Assembly (NCBI GenBank): GCA_963843585.1 | Contig: CAWJLJ010000022.1 | Span: 4,678 to 68,677, forward strand | Direction of reading: 5' to 3' | Length of the DNA stretch: 64,000 nt | DNA from: an uncultured Acidobacteriota bacterium | GTDB lineage: Bacteria; Actinomycetota; Acidimicrobiia; Spongiisociales; ZC4RG35 | In this document: piece by piece, positions 8,736 through 19,764 of the stretch | Layout of the letters: the number at the start of each line of letters is the position of its first letter | How positions within the stretch are numbered: the first letter of the stretch is position 1 | Position numbers and translations under genes: made by a program | The notes under the pieces: generated by a model | What the model saw: the letters and a program-made list of their open reading frames with translations, nothing else | What the model was told of the DNA's origin: nothing | The model's database searches: none

Positions 8736-10405
8736 GCTCACCCGCTACCTATCTCCCGCCGGGCTTCGGCGTGCCCATCGATCTGGACCTCTCCAAGAAC
8801 GAAGGGCGAAGCCGGGCCGAGGAGCTCCTCGATGCGATAGACGACCCCCGGCGATTGGTCGGCCGTTACCCGGACACATCTCCTCTTCGGGCCCGGCTTG
8901 CCGCCCTGCACGGGGTGTCCGAGGATCGGGTCCTGGTGACAGCCGGGGGCGATGATGCCCTTTCCCGTTGTTTTCTTGCACGCGTGTCCGAGGGCGGCGA
9001 GGTGGTCAGCACCTATCCCACTTTCGAGATGATTCCGCGCTACTCCGAGCAACGAGGAGCGACGTTGTCGGAAGTGCCCTGGTGGACCGGCCCCTTCCCT
9101 GTCGATGAGGTCCTGGCGGCCATCGGCGACGACACCGACGCGGTATTCATCGTGTCGCCCAACAACCCGACGGGTGGTGTAGCGACCGAGATCGACCTCC
9201 TCAAGGTGGCCGGTGAAGCGCGATTGCTCGTTCTCGACGCCGCATACGTGGAGTTCGCCGAGTCCGACCCGACGCCCGCATTGCTCGAGCTCGGCAACGT
9301 GGTCGTGACCCGGACCATGTCGAAGGCCTACGGGCTCGCCGGTCTCAGGGTCGGGTATCTGCTCGGGTCCCCGGAACTCGTCGCGGCCATCGGGGCCTTC
9401 GGCAACCCGTACCCGGTCTCTGCACTCTCTGCCGCCCTGGCCGAGACCCGGCTGGACCGTCCCCTCTTGGAGCTGACGACATTCGTCGACGAAGTGAAGA
9501 GGGAACGAGTCGTCCTGACCGGCACCCTGACCGGTGTCGGCGCCCGCCCGCTCCCATCGCAAGGCAATTTCGTCCTCGCCGAGTGCGACGACGCCGAATG
9601 GGTGATATCGGCTGCTGCCTCACTTGGCGTCGGGCTGCGCCGGTTCCCGAGCCGGCCCGGGCTCGAGTCGGCGGTCAGGATCACCGTCCCCGGCGACGCC
9701 GACGATTTCGACCGGCTGGTGACGACCCTCGGCTCTGTGTTCGACCCGCAGGCGATCGTCTTCGATCTCGATGGGGTGATCGCCGATGTCAGCGGCTCCC
9801 AGATCCACGCCATCATCGAAACGGCCCGTAGCTTCGGAGTAGTGATCGAGCCCTCGGACATCGAAGCGGCCAAGACCGATGGCAACAGCAACGACGACTG
9901 GGAGCTGACCCGACGTCTGTGTCTCGAACGGGGCGTGGACGCTCCGATCGAGGCGGTCACCGAGCGGTTCGAGACCCTCTATCAGGGGAGCGGATCCGAG
10001 CCCGGGCTCAAGTCGGCGGAGACATCGCTGGTTGACACCGGGACCTGGCAAAGGTGGGCCGCTAGCAGGCCCCTAGGCATCGTCACCGGGCGCCCTCGCT
10101 CCGATGCGGTCGAGTTCCTGGAACGCTTCGGCCTCACCGATGGGCTTGCTGCCCTGGTGACACGGGAGGATGCCCCACTCAAACCTGACCCGGCGCCGGT
10201 GCTGAAGGCTCTCGAGATCATGGGAGTGACGCGTGCCTGGATGCTCGGGGACACGCCCGACGATCTGGCGGCGGCACGGGGGGCCGGAGTGGTGCCCATC
10301 GGGGTCATCGCACCCGGCGACGACCCGGCACGGGCCAGGGAACGCCTGCGACCCGCGGCCCGAATTCTCGACAAGACGATCGACCTGGAGGAGATGCTGC
10401 CATGA
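8732..10405 (+). CDS. hisC: Histidinol-phosphate aminotransferase fused to a HAD-family phosphatase
   Basis: SPNNPTG, LDAAY and RTMSKAYGLAGLRVGY, followed in frame by FDLDGV, VTGR, KPDP and GDTPDD. Confidence 0.9.
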   Translation: MSSPATYLPPGFGVPIDLDLSKNEGRSRAEELLDAIDDPRRLVGRYPDTSPLRARLAALHGVSEDRVLVTAGGDDALSRCFLARVSEGGEVVSTYPTFEMIPRYSEQRGATLSEVPWWTGPFPVDEVLAAIGDDTDAVFIVSPNNPTGGVATEIDLLKVAGEARLLVLDAAYVEFAESDPTPALLELGNVVVTRTMSKAYGLAGLRVGYLLGSPELVAAIGAFGNPYPVSALSAALAETRLDRPLLELTTFVDEVKRERVVLTGTLTGVGARPLPSQGNFVLAECDDAEWVISAAASLGVGLRRFPSRPGLESAVRITVPGDADDFDRLVTTLGSVFDPQAIVFDLDGVIADVSGSQIHAIIETARSFGVVIEPSDIEAAKTDGNSNDDWELTRRLCLERGVDAPIEAVTERFETLYQGSGSEPGLKSAETSLVDTGTWQRWAASRPLGIVTGRPRSDAVEFLERFGLTDGLAALVTREDAPLKPDPAPVLKALEIMGVTRAWMLGDTPDDLAAARGAGVVPIGVIAPGDDPARARERLRPAARILDKTIDLEEMLP

Positions 10406-10986
10406 CACGACGATCAGAGATCCAACGTGAGACCACCGAGGTCACCATCCGTGGCCACCTCGACATCGACGGGACCGGCACCTCAGACATCAAGACGGGA
10501 CTCGGCTTTCTCGACCACATGCTGGCGGCCCTGGCAAAGCACGGGCGATTCGACCTGACCCTCACCGCCACCGGCGACACCGAGGTGGACGACCACCACA
10601 CGGTTGAGGACTGCGCCATCGTCCTCGGGCGCGCCTTCGACGAGGCACTCGGGGATCGCACCGGCATCGCCCGCTTCGGATATGGCTATGCCCCCCTCGA
10701 CGAGTCGCTGAGCCGGGCGGTCGTCGACCTCTCCGGACGCCCCTGGCCCGAGGTGTCGATCGATTTCACCCGGGAAACCATCGGCGAGGTTGCCACCGAG
10801 AACATCATCCACTTCCTCAGGTCATTCGCCATCGAGGGTCGGATGGCGCTCCACGTCGACCTGTTGCGCGGAGACAACGACCACCACAAGGCCGAGTCGG
10901 CGTTCAAGGCACTGGCGATCGCCCTTCGAGCGGCGGTGACCGCCGACGGCGACGGTGTGCCCAGCACCAAGGGAACACTGACGTGA
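10402..10986 (+). CDS. hisB: Imidazoleglycerol-phosphate dehydratase (monofunctional)
   Basis: FLDHML, DDHHTVED, NDHHKAESAFKA, PSTKG. Confidence 0.97.
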   Translation: MTRRSEIQRETTEVTIRGHLDIDGTGTSDIKTGLGFLDHMLAALAKHGRFDLTLTATGDTEVDDHHTVEDCAIVLGRAFDEALGDRTGIARFGYGYAPLDESLSRAVVDLSGRPWPEVSIDFTRETIGEVATENIIHFLRSFAIEGRMALHVDLLRGDNDHHKAESAFKALAIALRAAVTADGDGVPSTKGTLT

Positions 10987-11588
10987 GACTGGTGACCATC
11001 GTCCCGACCGGGACGGCCAACACCGCTTCGGTCGTCGCTGCCCTGACCCGCCTCGGGGCGGCGGTCGAAGAGGCGGCTTCGGCCGGCGACGTAGAGACCT
11101 CGCCGGGCGTGGTCCTCCCCGGGGTTGGCGCCTTCGGGTCGGCCATGGACAGGATCGACTCGCTGGGTCTCGCCGCCGCGATTCGGGAGAGGATCGAAGC
11201 CAATCGTCCCACCCTTGCAGTGTGCGTCGGGATGCAACTCCTCAGCCGGGACAGCGAGGAGAGCCCGGGAGCCACCGGCCTGAAGGTGCTCGAGGAGACG
11301 GTGGGCCGTTTTGGTGATGGGGTGACGGTGCCCCAGATGGGATGGAACCGCGTCGAGCCCGGACCCGGCTCCCGGTTTGTCGAGTCGGGCTGGGCCTACT
11401 TCGCCAACTCCTACCGGATCGACCGGCTCCCCGAGGGATGGGTGGGCAGCAGCACCGACCACGGTGGCGAGTTCGTCTCGGCGCTGGAGAAGGGTGATGT
11501 CCTCGCCTGTCAGTTCCACCCCGAGCTCTCCGGCGAATGGGGCGCCCGGCTCCTCGACCGCTGGCTCCAAAGAGTGGAGGCGGCATGA
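10983..11588 (+). CDS. hisH: IGP synthase glutaminase subunit
   Basis: LPGVGAF, CVGMQLL, PQMGWN, QFHPE. Confidence 0.95.
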   Translation: MRLVTIVPTGTANTASVVAALTRLGAAVEEAASAGDVETSPGVVLPGVGAFGSAMDRIDSLGLAAAIRERIEANRPTLAVCVGMQLLSRDSEESPGATGLKVLEETVGRFGDGVTVPQMGWNRVEPGPGSRFVESGWAYFANSYRIDRLPEGWVGSSTDHGGEFVSALEKGDVLACQFHPELSGEWGARLLDRWLQRVEAA

Positions 11589-12340
11589 CTCTGGCATCAC
11601 GCGTCATACCGTGTCTCGACATCAAAGACGGGCGCGTCGTCAAGGGGGTCAGGTTCCAGGGTTTGCGGGACGCAGGCGATCCGGTGGAATGTGCCGGTCT
11701 GTACGAGCGCCAGGGAGCCGATGAGATCGTGCTCCTCGATGTGTCGGCCACACCCGAGGGCAGGGGCCACGCGCTGGAGACAGTGCGGGCAGTCCGCTCC
11801 GAGCTCTCCATCCCCCTGTCTGTCGGCGGAGGGGTGAAATCGCCCGACGATGCCGGGCGTCTGCTCGAGGCAGGCGCCGACAAGGTTGGAGTCAACACCG
11901 CTGCCGTGTCACGGCCCGGGCTCATCGGTGAGATTGCGGAGAGATTCGGGACCCAGTGCACGGTGCTGGCCGTCGACGCCGCCGCCGGCGAAGCGGGCTG
12001 GGAGGTGGTGGTGGAGAGCGGCAGGACGAGGACCGGGCTCGATGTCGTCGAGTGGTGCCGTAAGGCGGTGGCGATAGGCGCCGGCGAGATACTCCTCACG
12101 AGTTGGGACCGCGATGGGACCAGGTCGGGCTACGACCTCGACCTGATCGCGTCGGTCTCGTCTGTGGTGACCGTCCCCGTGATCGCCTCAGGTGGCGCCG
12201 ACCGGCCGGGCCATCTGGTCGCAGCGATCGAAGCCGGGGCCTCGGCTGCGCTGATCGCCTCGATCCTTCATGACGGCGACACGACGGTGGGAGAGCTGAA
12301 AGCGGCGCTGCGTGAGGCCGGGATAGTGGTGCGGCCATGA
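11585..12340 (+). CDS. hisF: IGP synthase cyclase subunit
   Basis: RVIPCLD..GRVVKG, GADKV..NTAAV, RDGT..GYD, VIASGG. Confidence 0.96.
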   Translation: MTLASRVIPCLDIKDGRVVKGVRFQGLRDAGDPVECAGLYERQGADEIVLLDVSATPEGRGHALETVRAVRSELSIPLSVGGGVKSPDDAGRLLEAGADKVGVNTAAVSRPGLIGEIAERFGTQCTVLAVDAAAGEAGWEVVVESGRTRTGLDVVEWCRKAVAIGAGEILLTSWDRDGTRSGYDLDLIASVSSVVTVPVIASGGADRPGHLVAAIEAGASAALIASILHDGDTTVGELKAALREAGIVVRP

Positions 12341-13603
12341 TCATCCCATCCATCGACATATCAGGCGGGCAGGCGGTCCAACTGGTGGGTGGCGAGACGC
12401 CGGCTATCGAGGCCGGTGACCCACTCCCCATCCTGGAGCGCTTCGGCCTGGTCGGCGAGGTCGCGGTGGTCGATATCGATGCCGCTCGTGGCGAAGGCGA
12501 CAACGCTGAGCAGATCACCGAGCTGTGCCGCCGGGGCCGTGTCCGGGTAGGGGGCGGGATTCGGGACCTTGCCGCCGCCAGGCGCTGGCTGGACCTGGGC
12601 GCCGAGAAGATCGTGATCGGGACCGCGGCAACACCGGACTTGCTCGGCGAGCTGCCCCGCGACCGGGTGGTCGTCGCGCTCGACTCGCGAGATGGCGAGG
12701 TGTTGACCCATGGCTGGAGACAGGGAACAGGGACCGGCGTGCTGGAGCGGATCCAGCAATTGAGGGGACTCTGCGGTGGGTTCCTGGTCACTTTTGTCGA
12801 GAGGGAAGGCCGACTGGCCGGGACCGACATCGATCGGGCCGCCACGGTGATCGAGGCTGCGTCGCCGGCGAGGGTCACAATCGCTGGGGGCATCACCACC
12901 CCCGACGAGGTGGCCGAGCTCGACCGGATGGGCGCCGACGCGCAGGTGGGCATGGCCCTGTACGGCGGGCAGCTCACCCTGGCCGGATCACTCGCCGCAA
13001 TGATGCATTCCGACCGCCCCGACGGCCTATGGCCCACTGTGGTGGTCGACGAGCTGGGGACCGCGCTGGGGCTCGTCTACTCCAGTTCGGAGAGCCTGGA
13101 CCGGGCGTTCGAGGAGCGGCGAGGCGATCTATCACAGCCGCACACGCGGGGTCTGGGCCAAGGGTGAGACGTCGGGCGCCACCCAGGACCTCCTGGCGGT
13201 AGACATCGACTGCGATCGAGACACGCTCCGTTTCACCGTCAGACAGAGCGAGCCCGGGTTCTGCCACACCAGTCACCGAACCTGCTGGGGAGAGGACTAC
13301 GGCGTGGGGCGGCTGGCGAGACGTCTCGGTCAGATCGCCGTCTCCGATGACTTCGCATCGAACACACGAAAGCTCTTCCACGATCCAGACCTGCTCGCGG
13401 CCAAGTTGAATGAAGAGGCGGCGGAACTGGGAGCCGCTCAAACCAGCGAAGAAGTGATCCACGAGGCCGCCGACCTCCTCTATTTCCTCCTGGTGAGGGC
13501 TCGTGCCGCAGGTGTGGATCTCGACGAAGTGGCAAGGGAGCTCGACCGGCGCGAGCGCCGAGCCACCCGTCGGCCGATGACGACGAAGGAGAGCCTGCCA
13601 TGA
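12337..13603 (+). CDS. hisA-hisIE: HisA-like TIM barrel fused to HisI and HisE; frameshift near 13122
   Basis: IPSID..GGGIR..ALD..THGW is in frame with DGLWPTVVVD. After the shift come WAKGETSG, DCDRD, FCH..TCW, then KLNEEAAEL and EAADLLYF. Confidence 0.85.
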
Positions 13604-14844
13604 GATCGCTGCCCCGCACCGAGGTCTTGCCTGCTGTCGTTCGCCGCCCTGCCGACTTCGATACAGGGACTCTCATCGACGAGATCCTCGAGGAGGTGCG
13701 TACGGTCGGCGAGCCTGCGATTCGCCGGTTTTCTGAGCACTTTGGCGACCTGGCCCCGGGTGATCAGATCGTTCACGACCGGGCAGACCTGAAGAAGGCC
13801 CTCGATCGGATTGGCGCCGACGAGCGCCAGACATTGGAGAGAGTGGCTTCGCGGATCAGGCATTTCGCCGAGGCTCAGCGGGAAGCCCTGATCGATGTCG
13901 ACGTCGAGGTGACCGGAGGACGAGCCGGGCATCGCTGGGTACCGGTGGCATCGGTGGGCGCCTATGCGCCGGGAGGGCGGTATCCCCTGCCCTCCTCGGT
14001 CCTGATGACCGTGGTACCGGCATGGGTCGCCGGAGTGAAGACGGTGTGGGCCGCCTCACCACGCCCGACCGACGTCACACTGGCCGCAGCCGCCATCGCC
14101 GGGGCCGACGGCTTGCTCGCGATCGGGGGCGCCCAGGCCATCGCCAGCTTGGCCTTTGGCGTTTTGTCCCCTGCTTGTGATCTCATCGTGGGCCCGGGGA
14201 ACAAGTACGTGACAGCCGCGAAGAGGGCGCTATTTGGTGAGGTCGGGATAGATGGCCTTGCCGGCCCGAGTGAGATCCTGGTCGTCGCCGACGACCGGGC
14301 CGACCCCGCGTTGGTCGCCGCCGACCTGCTTGCCCAGGCGGAGCACGACATCGACGCCCTCCCACTCCTGGTGACGACCAGCCTGCGTCTGGCCAATGAC
14401 GTGGATCACCAGATCGAGCTTCAGCTTGCCGACCTGCCGACCTCGTCGGTTGCCCGGCAAGCACTGACCAATGGCTTCTCCCTCGTGGTCGGCTCGTTGG
14501 ATGAAGCCGTGTCCGCTGCCGAGCTGGTGGCACCAGAGCATCTGGCCCTGCACGTCGAGCAGCCCGGGGATCTGTTGGGGAAGCTCACGTCCTACGGCTC
14601 GGTGTTCCTCGGTGGCCGGAGCGCCGAGGCGTTCGCCGACTATGGAGTCGGCCCCAACCACGTCCTCCCCACTGCGGGCGGAGCCAGGTACCAGTCCGGG
14701 CTCTCGGTGATGACATTCCTCAAGGCCCCGACCTGGTCACGGCTCGACGACCCGGCTGAGTTGATCGATGACACGGTCCTCCTCGCCCGTCTCGAGGGTC
14801 TCGAGGGTCATGCGCGCGCCGCGATGATCCGTGTCGAGCCGTAG
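13600..14844 (+). CDS. hisD: Histidinol dehydrogenase
   Basis: YAPGG, GGAQA, GPGN, AGPSE, QAEH, APEHL, GPNHVLPT. Confidence 0.96.
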   Translation: MRSLPRTEVLPAVVRRPADFDTGTLIDEILEEVRTVGEPAIRRFSEHFGDLAPGDQIVHDRADLKKALDRIGADERQTLERVASRIRHFAEAQREALIDVDVEVTGGRAGHRWVPVASVGAYAPGGRYPLPSSVLMTVVPAWVAGVKTVWAASPRPTDVTLAAAAIAGADGLLAIGGAQAIASLAFGVLSPACDLIVGPGNKYVTAAKRALFGEVGIDGLAGPSEILVVADDRADPALVAADLLAQAEHDIDALPLLVTTSLRLANDVDHQIELQLADLPTSSVARQALTNGFSLVVGSLDEAVSAAELVAPEHLALHVEQPGDLLGKLTSYGSVFLGGRSAEAFADYGVGPNHVLPTAGGARYQSGLSVMTFLKAPTWSRLDDPAELIDDTVLLARLEGLEGHARAAMIRVEP

Positions 14845-14886
14845 TGCCATCTGCCTAGGGTGGGACGCCCGACGAAAGGAGAGCAA

Positions 14887-15251
14887 TTGTCGGGTGAACT
14901 GGCCTTCGTGGAGTTCGGTGTCGAGGACGTCGACAAGGCACAGGTCTTCTACTCGGGCTTGTTCGGTTGGAAGTTCGAACCTGGACCGTCGGGTCAGGGT
15001 TATGTGATCTCGTTGCCCAATGTGGGGGCCGGCATCCATGGAAGCGATCCGGGCGCCGCCCCGTATCTCTTCTTCAGGGTCGACGACATCGACGCCGCCG
15101 CCGAGAAGGTCCAGGAGCTGGGCGGATCCATCGACGATATCGACGTCGAAGGAGACGAAGAATCGATTGCGACGCTTCGGCCGATTCAGGCTGTGCAAGG
15201 ACGACCAAGGCTCACCATTCGGCCTGCATCAGGCCGCCACTGCCCATGTAG
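14887..15251 (+). CDS. VOC/glyoxalase-family protein; frameshift near 15178, end approximate
   Basis: FYSGLFGWKF and YLFFRVDDID, then FGRFRLCKDDQGSPFGLHQ in the next frame. Confidence 0.75.
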
Positions 15252-18200
15252 TCACATATTGCGTCGGTATTGCCCGCCGACCTCGTAGAGGGCGTTGCTC
15301 ATCTGCCCCAGAGAGGCCACCTTGGCCGTCTCCATGAGCTGGGCAAAGATGTTGCCTCCCGAGACTGCGGTCTTCTGCAGCTCTTCGAGGGCTCTCGGTC
15401 CGGCGTCTCGGTTCCGGTCCTGGAAGGAGCGCACATTTGCGATCTGGCGGTCCTTGTCTTCGGTCGTCGACCTGATCAGTGCTTGGGGGATGACGAACGG
15501 AGACCCCTCCTTCGAGATGAAGGTGTTGACCCCGACCACCGGGTAGACGCCGGCCTCCTTCTGCTGCTCGTAGTAGAGCGACTCCTCCTGGATCTTGGTG
15601 CGCTGGTACTGCCGCTCCATCGCCCCCAGCACTCCCCCGCGGCTGTTGATCCGATCGAATTCGGCAAGCACCGCCTCCTCGACCAGATCGGTGAGCTCCT
15701 CGATGACGAAGCTGCCCTGAAGCGGGTTCTGGTTCTTGGCCAGCCCCAGCTCCTGATTGATGATGAGTTGGATGGCGAGGGCTCGGCGCACCGACTCCTC
15801 CGTCGGAGTGGTGATCGCCTCGTCGTAGGCATTGGTGTGGAGGCTGTTGGTGTTGTCGTAGATGGCATACAACGCCTGCAGCGTGGTCCTGATGTCGTTG
15901 AACGAGATCTCCTGGGCATGGAGGGACCGCCCCGAGGTCTGCACGTGGTACTTCAGCTTCTGCGATCGCTCGTTGCCCCCGTAGCGCTGCCTGATCGCCT
16001 TGGCCCAGATGCGACGGGCAACACGGCCGATCACGGCGTACTCGGCGTCGATGCCGTTGGAGAAGAAGAAGGAGAGGTTGGGGGCGAAGTCGTCGATGTC
16101 CATGCCCCGGGCCAGGTAGTTCTCGACGTATGTGAACCCATTGGCCAGCGTGAAGGCGAGCTGGGTGATCGGGTTGGCCCCCGCCTCGGCCATGTGATAC
16201 CCGCTGATCGACACCGAGTAGAAGTTTCGGACGTCGTTGTCGACGAACCATTGCTGGATGTCCCCCATCATGCCGAGAGCGAATTCGGTGGAGAAGATGC
16301 AGGTGTTCTGGGCCTGATCTTCCTTGAGGATGTCGGCCTGCACGGTGCCCCGCACCCGGGAAACGGTCTCGGCCCTGATCCGCTCGTAGACATCCGCCGG
16401 GAGCACCTGATCTCCCGTTACTCCGAGGAGCCGAAGCCCGAGCCCGTCGTGACTCTCCGGAAGGTCCCCGGTATAGACGGGCCTGGGTCGATCGCCATAG
16501 ATCTCGTCGATCCGGGCCTCGACCTCCTCCCACAGGTCGTTGTCGGTGATGTGACGCTCACAGGCCTGATCGACGGCCGCATTCATGTAGAAGGCGAGGA
16601 TCATCGGGGCGGGCCCGTTGATGGTCATCGAAACCGACGTGGTGGGGTCGGACAGATCGAAGCCGGAATAGAGCTTCTTGGCGTCGTCGAGGGTGGCTAT
16701 CGAGACCCCGGAGTTGCCCACCTTGCCGTAGATGTCGGGCCGCTCGTGGGGGTCCTCTCCGTATAGCGTCACCGAGTCGAATGCAGTCGAGAGCCGCTTC
16801 GCCGGCAAGCCCGCCGCCAGATAGTGGAACCGGCGGTTGGTCTGCTCCGGGGGGCCCTCACCGGCGAACATCCGTGCCGGGTCCTCTTCCGCTCGCTTGA
16901 AAGGGAAGACGCCTGCGGTGTAGGGAAACTCACCCGGGACGTTCTCCTGAAGCAGCCATCGGAGCCGGTCACCCCACGACCGGTAGCGGGGCAGCGCCAC
17001 CTTCGGCACCCGGGTGTGGCTCAGTGTCTCCTCGTGGAGCGGGACCCTGATCTCACGACCCCTGACGTGATAGATGTACTCGGTGCCCGAGTACTCGGCG
17101 ATCATCGCCTCCCAGCGCTCGAGAGACCTGCGGTTCTCAGGATCGAGTGCCTCCTCGACCTCGCCGACCAGCTCGCCCACGTTCGGCGCCCCGTTCGCGA
17201 GCTCCCTCGAGCCGGTACAGAGTCTCTGCGATATCCGACTGCGCGGTAGCCCAGGTGTCGTATTCCCGGTTCGCCTCCACTATCTCGGCCAGATACCGGG
17301 TCCGTTCCGGGGGGACGACGTGCTGTTTGGCCTCGTCGTGCAAGGGGAGATCGAGGCTCGACTCGAGGGCGAGGCCGTGTCCGGCCAGCTCGCCGAGAAA
17401 GGCCTGATAGAAGCGGTTCGTCCCGGGGTCGTTGAAATCCGAGGCGACGGTCAGGTGGACCGGAAGCCCGTCGTCGTCGGCGGTGAAGGCCAGGCGGTTC
17501 CGCTTGTACTGCTTGCGGACGTCTCGAAGCGCGTCCCGGGCGCCTTCCTTGTCTGCCTTGTTGATCGCGACCAGGTCGGCGAAGTCGAGCATGTCGATCT
17601 TCTCCAGCTGGGTGGCGGCCCCGTACTCGGGGGTCATCACGTAGATCGACATGTCCGAGTAGTCGACGATCTCCGTGTCGGACTGCCCGATCCCGGATGT
17701 CTCCAACAGCACGAGGTCGAACCCGGCGGCCTTGACCACTTCGATGGCGCGCTGCACATGCGGCGAGAGGGCGAGGTTGGCCTGACGGGTTGCCAGCGAC
17801 CGCATGTACGCCCTGGGGTGGGGAAGGGAGTTCAGCCGGATCCGGTCACCGAGAAGGGCTCCTCCCGACCGCCGCTTCGACGGGTCCACCGAGATCACGG
17901 CGACCTTCAGATCCTCGAAATCGAGGAGGAACCGTCGCAGCAGCTCGTCGACGAGGCTCGATTTACCCGAGCCACCGGTGCCGGTTATCCCCACCACCGG
18001 GGCGGAGGAGGTCGCGGCCCGGGCCTCGATCTGCTCGAAGACGTCCTGGTATTTCTCGGGAAAGTTCTCCGCTGCCGAGATGAGATTGGCCACCATTCGG
18101 GTGTTGCCGGCTTCGAGGTCGTCGAGATCGAAGTCCTCACCCAATTCCCCGGTGGCGAAGTCGGATCGGGCCAGCATGTCGCTGACCATCCCCTGCATGC

Positions 18201-18597
18201 CCATCTCGCGCCCATCGTCGGGCGAGTAGACCCGGGTGATCCCGGACGCGGCCAGCTCCTCGCCTTCGTCGGGAAGAATCGTTCCGCCGCCCCCACCGAA
18301 GATACGGATGTGCCCGGCGTCCCGTTCCACGAGCAGGTCGCGCAGATAGCGGTAGAACTCCATGTGACCACCCTGATAGGAGGTCACCGCGATGGCGTGG
18401 GCATCCTCCTCGACGGCCGTCTCCACGATGTCGAGACCGGTCCGGTTGTGACCGAGATGGATGACTTCGGCGCCTGAGGCCTGAAGAATGCGGCGAAAGA
18501 TGTTGATGGAGGCGTCGTGGCCATCGAACAGCGTGGTGGCGGTCACGAATCGGGCCTTGTTGGCCAGATTTGGCCTGTCGAGGGAGGCCTCCGTCAT
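15252..18597 (-). CDS. icmF: Fused B12-dependent isobutyryl-CoA mutase / MeaB-like GTPase; frameshift near 17185
   Basis: FDGHDA B12-binding motif, [22 protein letters not shown], then mutase [18 protein letters not shown] and GGQYRRNM. Confidence 0.93.
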
Positions 18598-18691
18598 TCA
18601 TCCCTTCCGCTGACTAGCTCAAACTGTACCCAGGAATTGGGCGTTCTCTCCCTTGTTCCCACTTCATGCAAACGAGTAGATTGACGTCGGG

Positions 18692-18997
18692 ATGTATTAC
18701 ACGGGGCGGCTAAAAGCACAAAGACTCGAGCCGACCGCGGTCACGATCGAGGTCACCGAGGGCAGATTCCGCGTGGTCGCCGGGAAACGGCACCTCGGCT
18801 CTTGGCCCATGGACACTCTCGAGATCCACCGGACGTCGGTTTATCGCTTTGCCTTCGACATCGAAGGGGACACCTTCGAGTTCTTCCCGGAGGACCCCTC
18901 TGCCTTCGCGAATGCAGCCGGGGCAATCATCGATCTGACCGAAACCAAAGGCCGTTTCGGGCTCAAGGCGCGGATCCAGGACGCAAGCAGCGCCTGA
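18692..18997 (+). CDS. Hypothetical beta-rich protein
   Basis: Clean 101-aa ORF divergent from icmF; resembles the N-terminus of the CDS at 30504-31196. Confidence 0.7.
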   Translation: MYYTGRLKAQRLEPTAVTIEVTEGRFRVVAGKRHLGSWPMDTLEIHRTSVYRFAFDIEGDTFEFFPEDPSAFANAAGAIIDLTETKGRFGLKARIQDASSA

Positions 18998-19025
18998 ACC
19001 AGGATTTCCCTGTAAGAATTGAGGG

Positions 19026-19764
19026 ATGGTCCCCCGTCTTCTGATACGTGGAGTCACCGCCGGCGCCGTGATCCTCGGCGCCGAAGTCTCTGTACGCGGC
19101 GCTCCAACCTGCTCCCCGTCAGGCCGAGTTCGATCCCTCCGGTGTCTTCGGTGACCCGAGCCATCCACCCTTGCGAATAGCTGTGTTGGGAGATTCCTCG
19201 GTGACCGCTCCGGGTGTGGCCGGACCGGAGGAGATCTGGGTCAGCATCATCAGCCAGAGAGCAGCTCAGAATCGCCATGTCACCCTCCGCTCCTACGCGG
19301 TGAGCGGGTCACGCGCCGACGATCTGCTGCGCGACCAACTCGAGCCGGCAATCGCCTTCGATCCCGACATCTTCCTGGTCTCGGTCGGCGCCAACGATGT
19401 CATCCACGGAGTCGGCATTCGCGTGTTCGAGAGACGGCTGGACGAGCTCGTCGCCGCGTTGACCGACACCGGATCACTTGTCATCCTCAGCGGTGTCGGC
19501 GACATCGGCACCATCCCCAGGCTGAAGCCACCTCTGCGCAACCTGATGACACAGCGCTCGGCCCGCTTCGATCGGGCGCATCACCGCGTGGCTGCACGTT
19601 ATGGCGCCCATGTGGTCCCGCACAGAAAGGACGACCCGACCATCTGGTACACGGACCGGGACCTCTGGTCGGCCGACAAGTTCCATGTCAGCGCGGCCGG
19701 CCACCGGCGCTGGGCGGAATCGACATGGCGCACTTTCGAGCCCCTGCTCGAACAGCATGGATGA
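19026..19764 (+). CDS. SGNH/GDSL hydrolase; frameshift near 19090
   Basis: LGDS, AVSG, GAND, DKFH. Confidence 0.85.
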
